64,000 nt of DNA from IMG/VR virus record IMGVR_UViG_3300032180_000001, positions 1 to 64,000 of that record; one strand, written 5' to 3'. A program made the translations under genes and the position numbers. Below the pieces are notes generated by a model. The model was not told the origin of the DNA and ran no database searches. It was given only the letters and a program-made list of their open reading frames with translations. Positions within the stretch are counted from its first letter, which is position 1. The number at the start of each line of letters is the position of its first letter. The DNA comes from a virus. Below, in pieces: positions 16,960 through 25,571 of this stretch.

Positions 16960-17204
16960 TGCTCTCCCTCTGGTTTCCATGGTACGATAACAAGCCGAAT
17001 CGGGCGCTGCGCTGTTACTTCCCAGTATTCGGTACCGGGGAATTTCTCGCAGGGCAGGCCAAGCTCGTCGCAGGTTATCACGTGCGGGCAGTAGCAGGAG
17101 CATTTCACGTGGCTGCCTCGACGAACGTGCCTTGTGCTCCCTGTCGGGTCACTATCCGTATCCGCATCCCGTGCAGCTGGCGTCAGCACACCCGCAGTCC
17201 TCAT
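16956..17204 (-). CDS. small Cys-rich protein with VPW tag
   Basis: Ends ...IRLVIVPWKPEGEQ. Confidence 0.55.
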   Translation of the reverse strand: MRTAGVLTPAARDADTDSDPTGSTRHVRRGSHVKCSCYCPHVITCDELGLPCEKFPGTEYWEVTAQRPIRLVIVPWKPEGEQ

Positions 17205-17788
17205 TGCCCTTCATTGTCGACCTCTTCCTGCCTTTCGCACCCGGAGCAGATATAGCCCTCTTCGAGGATGTAAACCTCGCTGCCGCAGTTGTAGCACCAC
17301 ATACGACCGGGGTCCGAATTCTGCTCGACGGGGCCGTAATGCCATTCAAGTTCTTCCCAAACCGTGGTGTCTGCCTTCGCCTTCATCTGGGACAGGTACA
17401 TGACTAGCCGATCCCAGTTCCAGAAACACCGTACGCCGGGTATGCAGTGGAACACGTGCTCGCGGGGGCCGACCACGTACAGGTCCTTGCCGAGTGCCGC
17501 GGCCATGCCAAGTTCCACGTGGCGGCCTCCTTTCCCGCCGCCATCAGCCTCTGTAAACGAGATCATCGCATCGGCGGCCTTAATGTCAGCGATATCGCGG
17601 GCCGCGACGTCTGAGCAGTACAACGGGTCGTCGGCTAGCTGCTGCGGCGTGAACGAACCCCGGCCGTACCTGCCCTCGGGAGCCTCGATCCACCGCGACG
17701 TGACCGTGTGCCCGAGCCCTTCCAGCTCGTCGCGGACGCCCCGCATCTCCTCATGGCGGCTGTACCGGGCAGCGAGGTAAAACTTCAT
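17201..17788 (-). CDS. nucleoside 2-deoxyribosyltransferase-like / nucleotide hydrolase with C-terminal zinc ribbon
   Basis: MKFYLA...DIADIKAADA...GRHVELGMAAALGK; CYNCG...CSGC. Confidence 0.8.
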   Translation of the reverse strand: MKFYLAARYSRHEEMRGVRDELEGLGHTVTSRWIEAPEGRYGRGSFTPQQLADDPLYCSDVAARDIADIKAADAMISFTEADGGGKGGRHVELGMAAALGKDLYVVGPREHVFHCIPGVRCFWNWDRLVMYLSQMKAKADTTVWEELEWHYGPVEQNSDPGRMWCYNCGSEVYILEEGYICSGCERQEEVDNEGQ

Positions 17789-17797
17789 TGCTTGCCT

Positions 17798-18028
17798 TCA
17801 CTTTCTTTCATGTTCCGGCTCGGGGTAATGCCTTTCGGTGGTTCGGTGCGACAGGCAGTGCCAAGGCTCCGGGTTCAGATCCGGGTCCAGGGCGGCGTAC
17901 GTATCCCGGCCGGGCGGCGGAATCCACGGGCCGTCAGCGGCATACCATTGGCGCTGAATATCCTGCCGGATAATCTTACCGCAGCCCGAGCAGGTGAACG
18001 ATCGGCTGCGATCCGGCTGAGGTTTCAC
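17798..18028 (-). CDS. small zinc-finger hypothetical protein
   Basis: CSGCGK...WHC...HYP. Confidence 0.45.
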   Translation of the reverse strand: MKPQPDRSRSFTCSGCGKIIRQDIQRQWYAADGPWIPPPGRDTYAALDPDLNPEPWHCLSHRTTERHYPEPEHERK

Positions 18029-18070
18029 GTTATTCTCCTTTCCCTCATCCGCCTCGACGAAATTTTCTGA

Positions 18071-18823
18071 TCACGAGACCGGCCCGCCAGCCACGTACAG
18101 AACCTGCCCGGAGACGAATCCCGCTGACTCGCTGGCGAAGTAGGAGATCGCTGCCGCCACGTCCTCGACTGCGCCGATCCGCCCCGCCGGGCACGCCCTG
18201 GCCGCCTGCGCCCGGAAGTCTTCGTAGGCGAGGCCGAGCCGCGCGGCGGTCGCCGCTGCCATGTCAGTGTCGATGAACCCGGGCGCGACCGCGTTCACGG
18301 TGATGCCGAACCTGCCCAGTTCCAGCGCCAGGGTTTTGGTGAGACCTTGCAGGCCGGCCTTGGCGGCGGAGTAGTTCGCCTGGCCCTTGTTGCCGAGCGC
18401 TGACGTGGAGGACAGGCTGATGACCCGGCCCCATCCGGCGACGACCATGAAATTCTGAACGGCGCGGGTCATCAGGAACGCACCGCGCAGGTGCACGTTC
18501 ATCACCGTGTCCCAGTCGTTGTCCGTCATCTTGAAGAGCAGGTTGTCCCGGATCACCCCGGCGTTGTTCACCAGTACGGTCGGCTCGCCCAGCCCGGCGG
18601 CCACTTTCTCTATCGCGACCTGCACCTGCTCGGCGCTGCTGACATCTGCTCCAACGGCAATCGCCTTCCCGCCAGTCTTCTCGATCTCACGGACGGTTTC
18701 CGCGCCCTGCTCTTCACTGAGGTCAAGGACTGCTACGGCCATTCCGTCGGCTGCCAGGCGCTTGGCGGTGCCTGCTCCGATGCCGCGGGCTGCTCCGGTG
18801 ACGATTGCGATGCGCTCGGTCAT
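18071..18823 (-). CDS. fabG: 3-oxoacyl-ACP reductase-like short-chain dehydrogenase
   Basis: TGAARGIG, VNNAG, NYSAAKAG, VNAVAPGFIDT. Confidence 0.85.
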   Translation of the reverse strand: MTERIAIVTGAARGIGAGTAKRLAADGMAVAVLDLSEEQGAETVREIEKTGGKAIAVGADVSSAEQVQVAIEKVAAGLGEPTVLVNNAGVIRDNLLFKMTDNDWDTVMNVHLRGAFLMTRAVQNFMVVAGWGRVISLSSTSALGNKGQANYSAAKAGLQGLTKTLALELGRFGITVNAVAPGFIDTDMAAATAARLGLAYEDFRAQAARACPAGRIGAVEDVAAAISYFASESAGFVSGQVLYVAGGPVS

Positions 18824-18867
18824 GATACTGCTTTCTCCTTGAGTGATGTTTCGTGCTTATCCACTGA

Positions 18868-19461
18868 TTAATCTTCCCACTGTACGTTAACCGGGTAGTC
18901 TTCGTGGCGTCCGCCATGCGAGCAGGCCCGGTCTCCGTTGCAGAACCATATGACGGAGGAGCGAGTTTGCCTTGCAACCGTTCGATGGCATCCGCCGCAT
19001 TCTCCGTACAGCCCCGCCTCTCCCGCAGGCTCCACGTCTTTCTCCCTCAGCTGCTCTATTTTTGCCTTGAGGTACCACGCTGCTTTTTCAAGATCTTCGA
19101 CAGCACTGACTCCAGGCTTCTTCCCTGCCCGGGAAACGTATTTAATGCAATTACCCAGCTCGAAGCCAAGATTCCACGCCCGGATAACTTTGATCGCCTC
19201 ATACGGGTTATCCTTGCCGCCATAGTGGGCCGGATGATCAACCGTCTCGGCGGAATTGTCTCGCTCTTCTCCGGCCCGAACCTCGTCTTCGTAGGGTGCA
19301 CCGGCTTCTTCCCTGGCTCGGACTTCCCGCTGCCGCTGGTGATCCCTGCGAATAGTCCCTCCGGCCGACGTGAAACGGTTCTCATGCTCGCACCAGGCCA
19401 CTGTTGTACCAGCCCTATGCGGCGGGAGCGAGTACCCGCACATCTCCAGGTCACCGTTCAT
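18868..19461 (-). CDS. DUF3310 (SaV-like) domain protein
   Basis: VDHPAHY...EAIKVI...FELGNCIKYVSRAGKK...EDLEKAAWYL. Confidence 0.85.
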   Translation of the reverse strand: MNGDLEMCGYSLPPHRAGTTVAWCEHENRFTSAGGTIRRDHQRQREVRAREEAGAPYEDEVRAGEERDNSAETVDHPAHYGGKDNPYEAIKVIRAWNLGFELGNCIKYVSRAGKKPGVSAVEDLEKAAWYLKAKIEQLREKDVEPAGEAGLYGECGGCHRTVARQTRSSVIWFCNGDRACSHGGRHEDYPVNVQWED

Positions 19462-19708
19462 GGTCGTCTTCCTGGGTGAGTGCGATAACGGTTAGCATGG
19501 CATTGCGCGGCTTCTCGGCCTCGAGCATGGCGTGGAAGGTCTGGCTCAGGTGCAGTTTGCAGGCCAGCTGCCGGTCGTGTGCCCGGCCGCCGATTCCGAC
19601 AAGCCAGGCCGCCAGCCGCGTGCAGCGCAGCCCGTCTTTTCGGACAAGGAATTCGCACGTACTCATCGGTACCTCTTTTTCAGGACGAGCCGGTTGCACC
19701 GGGGGCAT
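19451..19708 (-). CDS. small Cys/His hypothetical protein
   Basis: ORF track; coupled to the DUF3310 gene. Confidence 0.45.
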   Translation of the reverse strand: MPPVQPARPEKEVPMSTCEFLVRKDGLRCTRLAAWLVGIGGRAHDRQLACKLHLSQTFHAMLEAEKPRNAMLTVIALTQEDDHER

Positions 19709-19834
19709 CGTTTTGATTTTCCGGTTGCCAGTGCCTGCAGCATGCCTTCCCGTTCCCAGTGCCGGTGCCGCCGGAGCACGCAGGCCAGCCGCCGGAAGCG
19801 GTACGCCAGGATGAGGCAGTGAATAATGGTCATG

Positions 19835-20020
19835 TCAGCCGTCCTCACCGGTGATGCAGATCCGCTCTCGGTTGGTCGGGCACCCAGACATGCACCGGTA
19901 AGGCTCCGCTGCGAACGGGCAGAATACGTCAGTGCTGTCGAGGTAGCCGGTTTCTTCCGCGTGGCAGCGCGGCCCGGAATTCGTCCGAGGGTAATCATAG
20001 GCTGGCTTCGGTTCATCCAT
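19835..20020 (-). CDS. small Cys-rich hypothetical protein
   Basis: ORF track. Confidence 0.4.
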   Translation of the reverse strand: MDEPKPAYDYPRTNSGPRCHAEETGYLDSTDVFCPFAAEPYRCMSGCPTNRERICITGEDG

Positions 20021-20246
20021 TGCCCGGCCCGCCTTTCAGCCCCAGGTTTTTCATGGCGACCGCTTTCGCGAAATCTCGCACGATGGTGAACGCCTGCCCG
20101 TCGCTGAACCCGGCTACTGTAAGGTCCGTGTACATTGCATAAAGAGATCGGGCGTAATCCGTTGAGGCCCAGGGGTTGGGAACATCGTCGCTGATTCCTT
20201 CTTGAAATTCTTTATCGTTACCATTATTCTCATCCATGAGGACCAT
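20013..20246 (-). CDS. hypothetical protein whose 5' part is duplicated at 20927-21012
   Basis: DDVPNPWASTDYARSLYAMY... Confidence 0.65.
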   Translation of the reverse strand: MVLMDENNGNDKEFQEGISDDVPNPWASTDYARSLYAMYTDLTVAGFSDGQAFTIVRDFAKAVAMKNLGLKGGPGNG

Positions 20247-20268
20247 TTTTCTTTTAGTTTAATTAACT

Positions 20269-20297
20269 TTGCTAAATTTGGAACGAGCGCTTATAAT
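20269..20297 (+). promoter_or_regulatory. sigma70/HrdB-type promoter upstream of the antisense HNH
   Basis: TTGCTA-17 nt-TATAAT, followed by a 10-bp inverted repeat GCCCGGTCAC...GTGACCGGGC. Confidence 0.6.
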
Positions 20298-20364
20298 GGA
20301 GACAGACAGCCCGGTCACGCTGACCAGAGCAGTGACCGGGCCTGACGCAGAACGGAGCTGCGCT

Positions 20365-20919
20365 ATGATCGATTATACCGAACGATGGCTGCCTATCGTC
20401 GGATACGAAGGCCTGTACGAGGTTAGCAACCAAGGGAGAGTGCGTAGCCTTGCTCGCTACGTTACCGGAGTCAATGGGACGCCTCGCCTGCTCTCCGGAA
20501 AGATACTGAAGCCATCGATTACGGAAAGACCTCGTGACTATCCGGCTGTCATGCTCAGTCGGGAGAACAAGCCTACACGACGGCCGATACACCTCTTGGT
20601 ACTCGAAGCTTTTGGGGAACCACAACCCGAAGGCACAGAAGCTCGACATGGGCCGGGTGGGAGATTTGATGCGTCGATCAACAATCTTTGCTGGGGTACT
20701 CGCGCCGAAAATCTCGGTCCTGACCGGGTTCGCGACGGAACCTCTAATCGAGGAGAGCAACATGGTAATTCTAAGCTTACCCGATGGCAGGTTCTTGAAA
20801 TCAGAAAGCGCGTAGCCAATGGGGAAAGTCAGCGCGCGGTAGCTCGTGATTACAACGTGTGTTTTCAAACGATAAATGATATCGTTCACATGAAAACATG
20901 GAAGCATCTTCCCGATTGA
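20365..20919 (+). CDS. NUMOD4-HNH homing endonuclease with C-terminal HTH, antisense
   Basis: WLPIVGYEGLYEVSNQGRVRS; IHLLVLEAF...EARH...NLCWGTRAEN. Confidence 0.9.
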   Translation: MIDYTERWLPIVGYEGLYEVSNQGRVRSLARYVTGVNGTPRLLSGKILKPSITERPRDYPAVMLSRENKPTRRPIHLLVLEAFGEPQPEGTEARHGPGGRFDASINNLCWGTRAENLGPDRVRDGTSNRGEQHGNSKLTRWQVLEIRKRVANGESQRAVARDYNVCFQTINDIVHMKTWKHLPD

Positions 20920-20926
20920 AGTGGTG

Positions 20927-21012
20927 AAGAGTGATCGGGCGTAATCCGTTGAAGCCCAGGGATTGGGAGCATCATCCGCTGGTACGCTTTGGTTTTCATT
21001 TTCGTCAGCCAT
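20927..21012 (-). pseudogene. orphan 5' fragment homologous to 20013..20246
   Basis: MADENENQSVPADDAPNPWASTDYARSL, then runs antisense into the HNH. Confidence 0.65.
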
Positions 21013-21256
21013 TATTACGTCCTTCAGCTAGCCTTTTTATCCTTATCCTAGTTACCAGCAGGGTGCCTCCGACGCGTAGCAGCTCGCTGTCGCTCCAGAG
21101 TGTTATCGGCAGCCGGAACCCGATTCGCTGACAGGTTCGGTTGCAGCCGGGGCAGCTGCCGGCGGCCCACATTTTACACGGGCGGTCGTATGTCTCATCG
21201 GGATCGAAGACGGGTTCGCTGCCGCCGTTCCAGAGAACTATCTCAAGCCGAGTCAT
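21005..21256 (-). CDS. small Cys-rich protein starting RLEIVLW
   Basis: MTRLEIVLWNGG...CKMW...CPGCNRTC. Confidence 0.5.
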   Translation of the reverse strand: MTRLEIVLWNGGSEPVFDPDETYDRPCKMWAAGSCPGCNRTCQRIGFRLPITLWSDSELLRVGGTLLVTRIRIKRLAEGRNNG

Positions 21257-21468
21257 AGCGACCGGTCCTTCCCGCAGCGATAGCACCGCAGAACGGAGCT
21301 GTTAATCCCAAGGCCGAAAGTGCTCACGATCATGGAACCTGTGCAGCCGCAGTCCGGGCAGCAGTCGGGATCCCGGCAGTCGCACCACCTCTGGGCACGC
21401 GGTTCCCCGCAGGCAGGACAGTGCCAGAGCAGGAAGTCATCGAAGACGATCTCAAGCCGGACGCTCAT
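21253..21468 (-). CDS. small zinc-finger protein starting RLEIVF
   Basis: CPACG...CDC...CPDCGC...CYRCG. Confidence 0.55.
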   Translation of the reverse strand: MSVRLEIVFDDFLLWHCPACGEPRAQRWCDCRDPDCCPDCGCTGSMIVSTFGLGINSSVLRCYRCGKDRSL

Positions 21469-21613
21469 CTGATAACCGCCATCACGTAGCTTTCGAGCAC
21501 TGCAATTTTTGGTCCCTGAGCGACCGTCTGGGGAGATTGACTGGTACAGACATTGTCCTGATGAGTCAAGGTCAGCCACGCGAGTTGCTTCGGCCTGGGG
21601 ATTTTTTGCACAG

Positions 21614-21820
21614 TCATTCGCGTTCCCGTATCCTCTCGTTCAGTGGCGTGCCCGTATCGGAGTGCAAACGGTATTCGTCGAGAGCATGGTCGATTGCGTA
21701 CCATTCAGGGCTGGATACCGGATACACGTCGCGCTTATTCCTTAGCCACGCCTCAACGATGTCTCCCCGGCTCGGCCGGAACCATTCCATTCTGCCTCCG
21801 CAATCACTCTCAATCGCCAT
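21614..21820 (-). CDS. hypothetical protein, paralog of 23465..23698
   Basis: FRPSRGDIVEAWLR...AIDHALDEYRLHSDTGTPL. Confidence 0.7.
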   Translation of the reverse strand: MAIESDCGGRMEWFRPSRGDIVEAWLRNKRDVYPVSSPEWYAIDHALDEYRLHSDTGTPLNERIRERE

Positions 21821-22214
21821 TCCTGATCTCCTCGTCCCACGACCGCCCGCGGCTGTCCACGATCACCTGGCCCGCTACGTCCAGCACCAGCCAGTTGTCC
21901 GGGGCGTCGTACTCGCCGGCCAGCAGCTCCGGTTCGTGCGGGTTACGGTCGGGGAAGCGCCACAGCTCCCACCCCGAGACACGCGTACAAACCACTCGAA
22001 AACCATACGGCAGGTCGAAGAGGCGAGTGCGCTGGATGCCAATAGTGGTGATGTAGAGGTCGTGGTAGCTGGGCGTGTTACCGTTCATGCCGATGTCCTT
22101 CCAATGAGCCTGAATACTTTGCTTAGCTAGCTCGACGGGATCACTGACGGGTTCGGTATCGGCTGCTAGTGCCTGTTCCCGCAACATTTGAAGACGCTCA
22201 TCCGGATCTGTCAT
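21810..22214 (-). CDS. hypothetical protein
   Basis: ORF track; coupled starts and stops. Confidence 0.55.
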   Translation of the reverse strand: MTDPDERLQMLREQALAADTEPVSDPVELAKQSIQAHWKDIGMNGNTPSYHDLYITTIGIQRTRLFDLPYGFRVVCTRVSGWELWRFPDRNPHEPELLAGEYDAPDNWLVLDVAGQVIVDSRGRSWDEEIRNGD

Positions 22215-22738
22215 TCCGTATATCCTCTAGCCAGCACTGCTCGTGTCATCGCTTCGGTTCCCGGAAAAAGATCATCGAATTCGTCACCGGGCTGCATGTT
22301 AAGCAAGTCCAGCACCCAGAGGCAGAATTTTTCCGGCTTGGCTCCGGTCAGGCCTTTCCGCAGGGTGATCGGCTCGGCTATAAAATCCTTCGGCGTGGTT
22401 TGCCTGCCTCCCTTCAGTGGCGGTGGATGATTCTTGTTCCGGCCTCCGTGAAAAATTACCGGCTCCCAGGCGTAAGCTGGCCGGACACCCTTCTTGAAGA
22501 TGCAGAAAGGCTTAACCCAGGCAGCAATACGCACGTCGGGCGGGCACAGCATCAGGATCTCGCGCAGCGAAGGGGAACTGCAAGACATTGCCCAGCCGTC
22601 CGGATAATCAGTTTTCAGCCTGTTAATCAGAAGAAGGTGTGTCTCTAGCTGATCCCAGCACCGGCCATCGGGATGATTATGCTCATAGAACTTTCCGCAT
22701 TTACCGAGATAGGGGGGATCGGCATAGGCAAATTTCAT
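22211..22738 (-). CDS. DNA amino-methyltransferase (DPPY type)
   Basis: MKFAYADPPY...AWVKPF...WEPVIF...KPEKF...DDLFPG. Confidence 0.8.
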   Translation of the reverse strand: MKFAYADPPYLGKCGKFYEHNHPDGRCWDQLETHLLLINRLKTDYPDGWAMSCSSPSLREILMLCPPDVRIAAWVKPFCIFKKGVRPAYAWEPVIFHGGRNKNHPPPLKGGRQTTPKDFIAEPITLRKGLTGAKPEKFCLWVLDLLNMQPGDEFDDLFPGTEAMTRAVLARGYTE

Positions 22739-23132
22739 TCCGTATCTCTCCCTCGTGCCAGGTGATCCACGGCCTCGCGCAGCCATTCGCTGTAGCTGAA
22801 CTCATTGTCATCATTCATGCCGATGTCCTTCGCGACGACGGGCTTTTTCAGTCTGGGAATCTTCCGGTCGTGCCTTCAACCAGTCTCCGATCTCCTTTTC
22901 GGCGGCATCCCAGGCGTCTCTTGCGGTCAGCCAGCGCTGGGCAACGTCATCCGGGATTTCGACGGCATCCTCGCTGAACTGCTCTAGCTCACTTGCCCGG
23001 TAATCCGGATCGTCGTGAACGAAGTCTTCCTGGGTGCCGACGAAGAAGGCCGGGTACGCCTCTCCCATGTCCAGGATTAGTTTCATTCCGTATCTCCCCC
23101 TCGTGCCAGGTGATCCACGGCCTCGCGCAGCC
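22733..23132 (-). repeat. 52-bp direct repeat (22733-22784, 23081-23132; 1 mismatch) of a gene end + RBS + start codon
   Basis: tttcattccgtatct(c/c)(t/c)ccctcgtgccaggtgatccacggcctcgcgcagcc present twice. Confidence 0.9.
22811..23086 (-). CDS. acidic hypothetical protein between the 52-bp repeats
   Basis: ORF track. Confidence 0.6.
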   Translation of the reverse strand: MKLILDMGEAYPAFFVGTQEDFVHDDPDYRASELEQFSEDAVEIPDDVAQRWLTARDAWDAAEKEIGDWLKARPEDSQTEKARRREGHRHE

Positions 23133-23472
23133 GCCGCTCCAACACCGCTTCCCGTTCTTCCATCTTCTCGCTCATCTCCGCGAACGGCTTCACTCGCTGC
23201 ACCGCGTTGTACAGCATCTGTACTTCTGTCGGATCAAAAGCCAGCTCGACGGGACGTTCTTTTTTGCCTTCCTTTTCCTTCGCTGCGCTGATCTCCTCGT
23301 CAAGGTCATCCCAGTCGACGTTCCCGCACTGCGAGCAAACGCGCACCCAGTAAACCAGATGACCCGGCTTATGCTGGGCGACCCAGTGGTGTGCGCATCC
23401 CGGACGCGCCTCACATGGCCAAGACGTCGGGCTTACCAGGCTCTCACCGTGGGACAGCTTTTGCTCAGTCAT
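23083..23472 (-). CDS. hypothetical protein (Cys motif + coiled coil)
   Basis: CAHHW...CSQCG; ends LREAVDHLARGGDTE. Confidence 0.6.
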   Translation of the reverse strand: MTEQKLSHGESLVSPTSWPCEARPGCAHHWVAQHKPGHLVYWVRVCSQCGNVDWDDLDEEISAAKEKEGKKERPVELAFDPTEVQMLYNAVQRVKPFAEMSEKMEEREAVLERRLREAVDHLARGGDTE

Positions 23473-23698
23473 TGTCTCCCGTTTTCTTTTCCCTGATCAC
23501 CGCGTCGAGCGGCGTACCGGTATCTGCATGCGCTCTATAGTCATCAAGCATGTCGTTGATCGCGTTCCATTCTTCGACATCATGAAACGAGTCTCGCCAG
23601 CGCCGCAGCCACGCTTCGACGTCGTCGTTCCTGCTCGGCCGGAACCGGAACTTGTCCCGCTCGCGGAAGAACCGCTCGTACTCATCCTTCCCGGTCAT
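23465..23698 (-). CDS. hypothetical protein, paralog of 21614..21820
   Basis: FRPSRNDDVEAWLR...AINDMLDDYRAHADTGTPL. Confidence 0.7.
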   Translation of the reverse strand: MTGKDEYERFFRERDKFRFRPSRNDDVEAWLRRWRDSFHDVEEWNAINDMLDDYRAHADTGTPLDAVIREKKTGDND

Positions 23699-23955
23699 GT
23701 GCAGTCCTTTGCGATCCGGCGGTTCAGGCTGCGAAGCGCCCTGGCTTGCGTCCATCCGTGCCCGCAACCATGCAAGCCATCTGGGAGTACTTGCGGCTCG
23801 GCTAGATAACCATTAAAGTGATTCCGCATACTTCGCCACTCGCGCCTGCGAGCCTGTCTCGCTAGGTCAAACAGGCTTCGGCGGAGCTTACCGTGCTGCC
23901 AGTCCCGGAGCAGTCCGACCGGGTAAATCATCACAGAGTTATCGTTAGTAGTCAT
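23695..23955 (-). CDS. hypothetical protein
   Basis: ORF track; coupled. Confidence 0.5.
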   Translation of the reverse strand: MTTNDNSVMIYPVGLLRDWQHGKLRRSLFDLARQARRREWRSMRNHFNGYLAEPQVLPDGLHGCGHGWTQARALRSLNRRIAKDCT

Positions 23956-24563
23956 GGCTCCTCACCAGGTGGCAGATCTGCCTTTCCGATCGGCCCGACG
24001 GTCTTGAATGTTATCGAACCCCTGCCGGGAACGGCGTCCCAGTCCTCCGGCTCCTCGACGGAACGCGGATGGCCGATTGAGTCAAAGCCGTAGCAGGTCC
24101 AGGACTCATCGTAGACGTCGCCGCATTCCTCATCGCAGGTATGCTCGCCGTCGTGCCCGCGGTCGAGCCCGCACCCGTGAGAGCCCCAGTAAAAATCGCA
24201 CCTGCTCACCAGGGTCTCCGCATCTGATCCCGCTGCCGCTGCACGTACCTGGCTGAGACGAAGCCTGCCCAAACGCTCCAGGCAACCGCAGCTCCGAGGA
24301 TGATCCACGCCCACGGGCTGAACGGAACGCCAGACAGCTTGCAGCCGGTGGCGGCGAGAAGGCCGAGCACCCAGCCGGAGAACGGCAGCAGGAAGGCCAT
24401 CGCGAAATCTTTCATCTAAGCCCTCTTCCCGGTCTATCGCGGCATCTTCCCGGCCCATCTCGATCCAGTTTTCCCAGGTAACCAGGCCAGAGGCGAGAAT
24501 TGCGTAGCAGATGTCCTGCCACTCCGCATCCAGATCGCATCCGTCCTTGTTGTAGCTGCTCAC
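23952..24563 (-). CDS. hypothetical ORF, probably two genes joined in frame by a junction duplication
   Basis: Two VS starts (24563 and 24209) 354 bp apart; C-terminal CDFYWGSHGCGL...GEHTC. Confidence 0.45.
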   Translation of the reverse strand: MSSYNKDGCDLDAEWQDICYAILASGLVTWENWIEMGREDAAIDREEGLDERFRDGLPAAVLRLGARPSRRHRLQAVWRSVQPVGVDHPRSCGCLERLGRLRLSQVRAAAAGSDAETLVSRCDFYWGSHGCGLDRGHDGEHTCDEECGDVYDESWTCYGFDSIGHPRSVEEPEDWDAVPGRGSITFKTVGPIGKADLPPGEEP

Positions 24564-24594
24564 CAGGGTCTCCGCATCTGGTTCCGCTGCTGCT
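24202..24594 (-). repeat. 39-bp direct repeat (24202-24240, 24556-24594) of a gene junction
   Basis: ctgctcaccagggtctccgcatctg...cgctgc.gct twice; encodes QMRRPW* plus a GTG start. Confidence 0.85.
24206..24415 (-). CDS. two-TM membrane protein
   Basis: Two hydrophobic segments; ends QMRRPW. Confidence 0.55.
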   Translation of the reverse strand: MKDFAMAFLLPFSGWVLGLLAATGCKLSGVPFSPWAWIILGAAVAWSVWAGFVSARYVQRQRDQMRRPW

Positions 24595-24764
24595 TAGTCG
24601 CCATTGCAGTAATCTTCCCAGTCGGAACCGTCGCCGTGACGCTCGTTGAACTCCTCTGTCTCCCGGATTGCCTTCTTCGCCAGATACGTTCCGCGCATCG
24701 CGCCTGAGATGCAGACCACAATGATGACGGCGATGAGGATTCCGAGCCGGATCCAGCTGTTCAT
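24594..24764 (-). CDS. small single-TM protein
   Basis: MNSWIRLGILIAVIIVVCISG... (manual translation). Confidence 0.5.
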   Translation of the reverse strand: MNSWIRLGILIAVIIVVCISGAMRGTYLAKKAIRETEEFNERHGDGSDWEDYCNGD

Positions 24765-24779
24765 GCTTCTTCAAACCCC

Positions 24780-25571
24780 CTACACCTTCGAGAATTCTGG
24801 TACCCAGGAGCCGTCCGGGCGGCAGTCGAAATCGCCGAACAGCAGCGGGTGCTTCTCCGTTACGATCGCGGCCACCATGCCCAGCACCATCCGGATCTCC
24901 TCCTCAGCCCCTGCAGCGGTGCGCACTTCTACGACGTGCCGCAGCTCTCGCGCGTTGACCGTCCAGGTGAGGTGCGTGGCCACTCCCTCAGGCAGGAACC
25001 GGCGCATGAACGACGTTTTCGCCTTCTTCTCACTGAACGGCACGCCAGGCTCGTCCAGGCCGAAGCGATCCGACATCCACCGCTGGTGCTTTTCCAGTGT
25101 GAGCAGTGTTTCGTAGCATTCCCTCTTCAGCTCCGGATCGTCTCGCACCCAGTCCGGCAGCCAGAACGGGATTTCGCCGTCTTTCATCCGCACGAACCTA
25201 AGGCTCTCCTGAGATATCGCGGTACCGGCTCTGTGTCTAGTTATCTCATGAGTAAAAACGCGAGAAACGTTGGAGAAAACGAAGGTGAAATTAGCGTGCT
25301 CGATTACAGATCCGTGACGGCTGAGCAGGATGTTGCGGAAGTAAGCTTCCTGGTCAGTGCGAACCTTCTTTACATTGGGGTTAAGTCCCGGCGCCCACGA
25401 TTTATAGCACAAGCGTCCGGCGAATTCGACGAGGGTTTCGGGTCCTCCGGAGGGGATGTCCTGCAGCCACGCCTGTGCCTCCGGACCGATCTCTTCCAGG
25501 TAGCTGAACAGCGCCTCGTACCGCGGCCGGGTGTCGGCCACCAGGTAAACCTCAGGTGTCACGCTTGCCAC
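24780..25571 (-). CDS. thyX: FAD-dependent thymidylate synthase
   Basis: SRHGSVIEH, SRVFTHEITRHR...SQESLRF, NARELRH, EEEIR. Confidence 0.95.
   Translation of the reverse strand: MASVTPEVYLVADTRPRYEALFSYLEEIGPEAQAWLQDIPSGGPETLVEFAGRLCYKSWAPGLNPNVKKVRTDQEAYFRNILLSRHGSVIEHANFTFVFSNVSRVFTHEITRHRAGTAISQESLRFVRMKDGEIPFWLPDWVRDDPELKRECYETLLTLEKHQRWMSDRFGLDEPGVPFSEKKAKTSFMRRFLPEGVATHLTWTVNARELRHVVEVRTAAGAEEEIRMVLGMVAAIVTEKHPLLFGDFDCRPDGSWVPEFSKV

Noticed and set aside
20272-21012. 246-aa ORF as a real chimeric protein
   Set aside because: Only the first ~28 codons are gene-like; the rest is antisense to the NUMOD4-HNH
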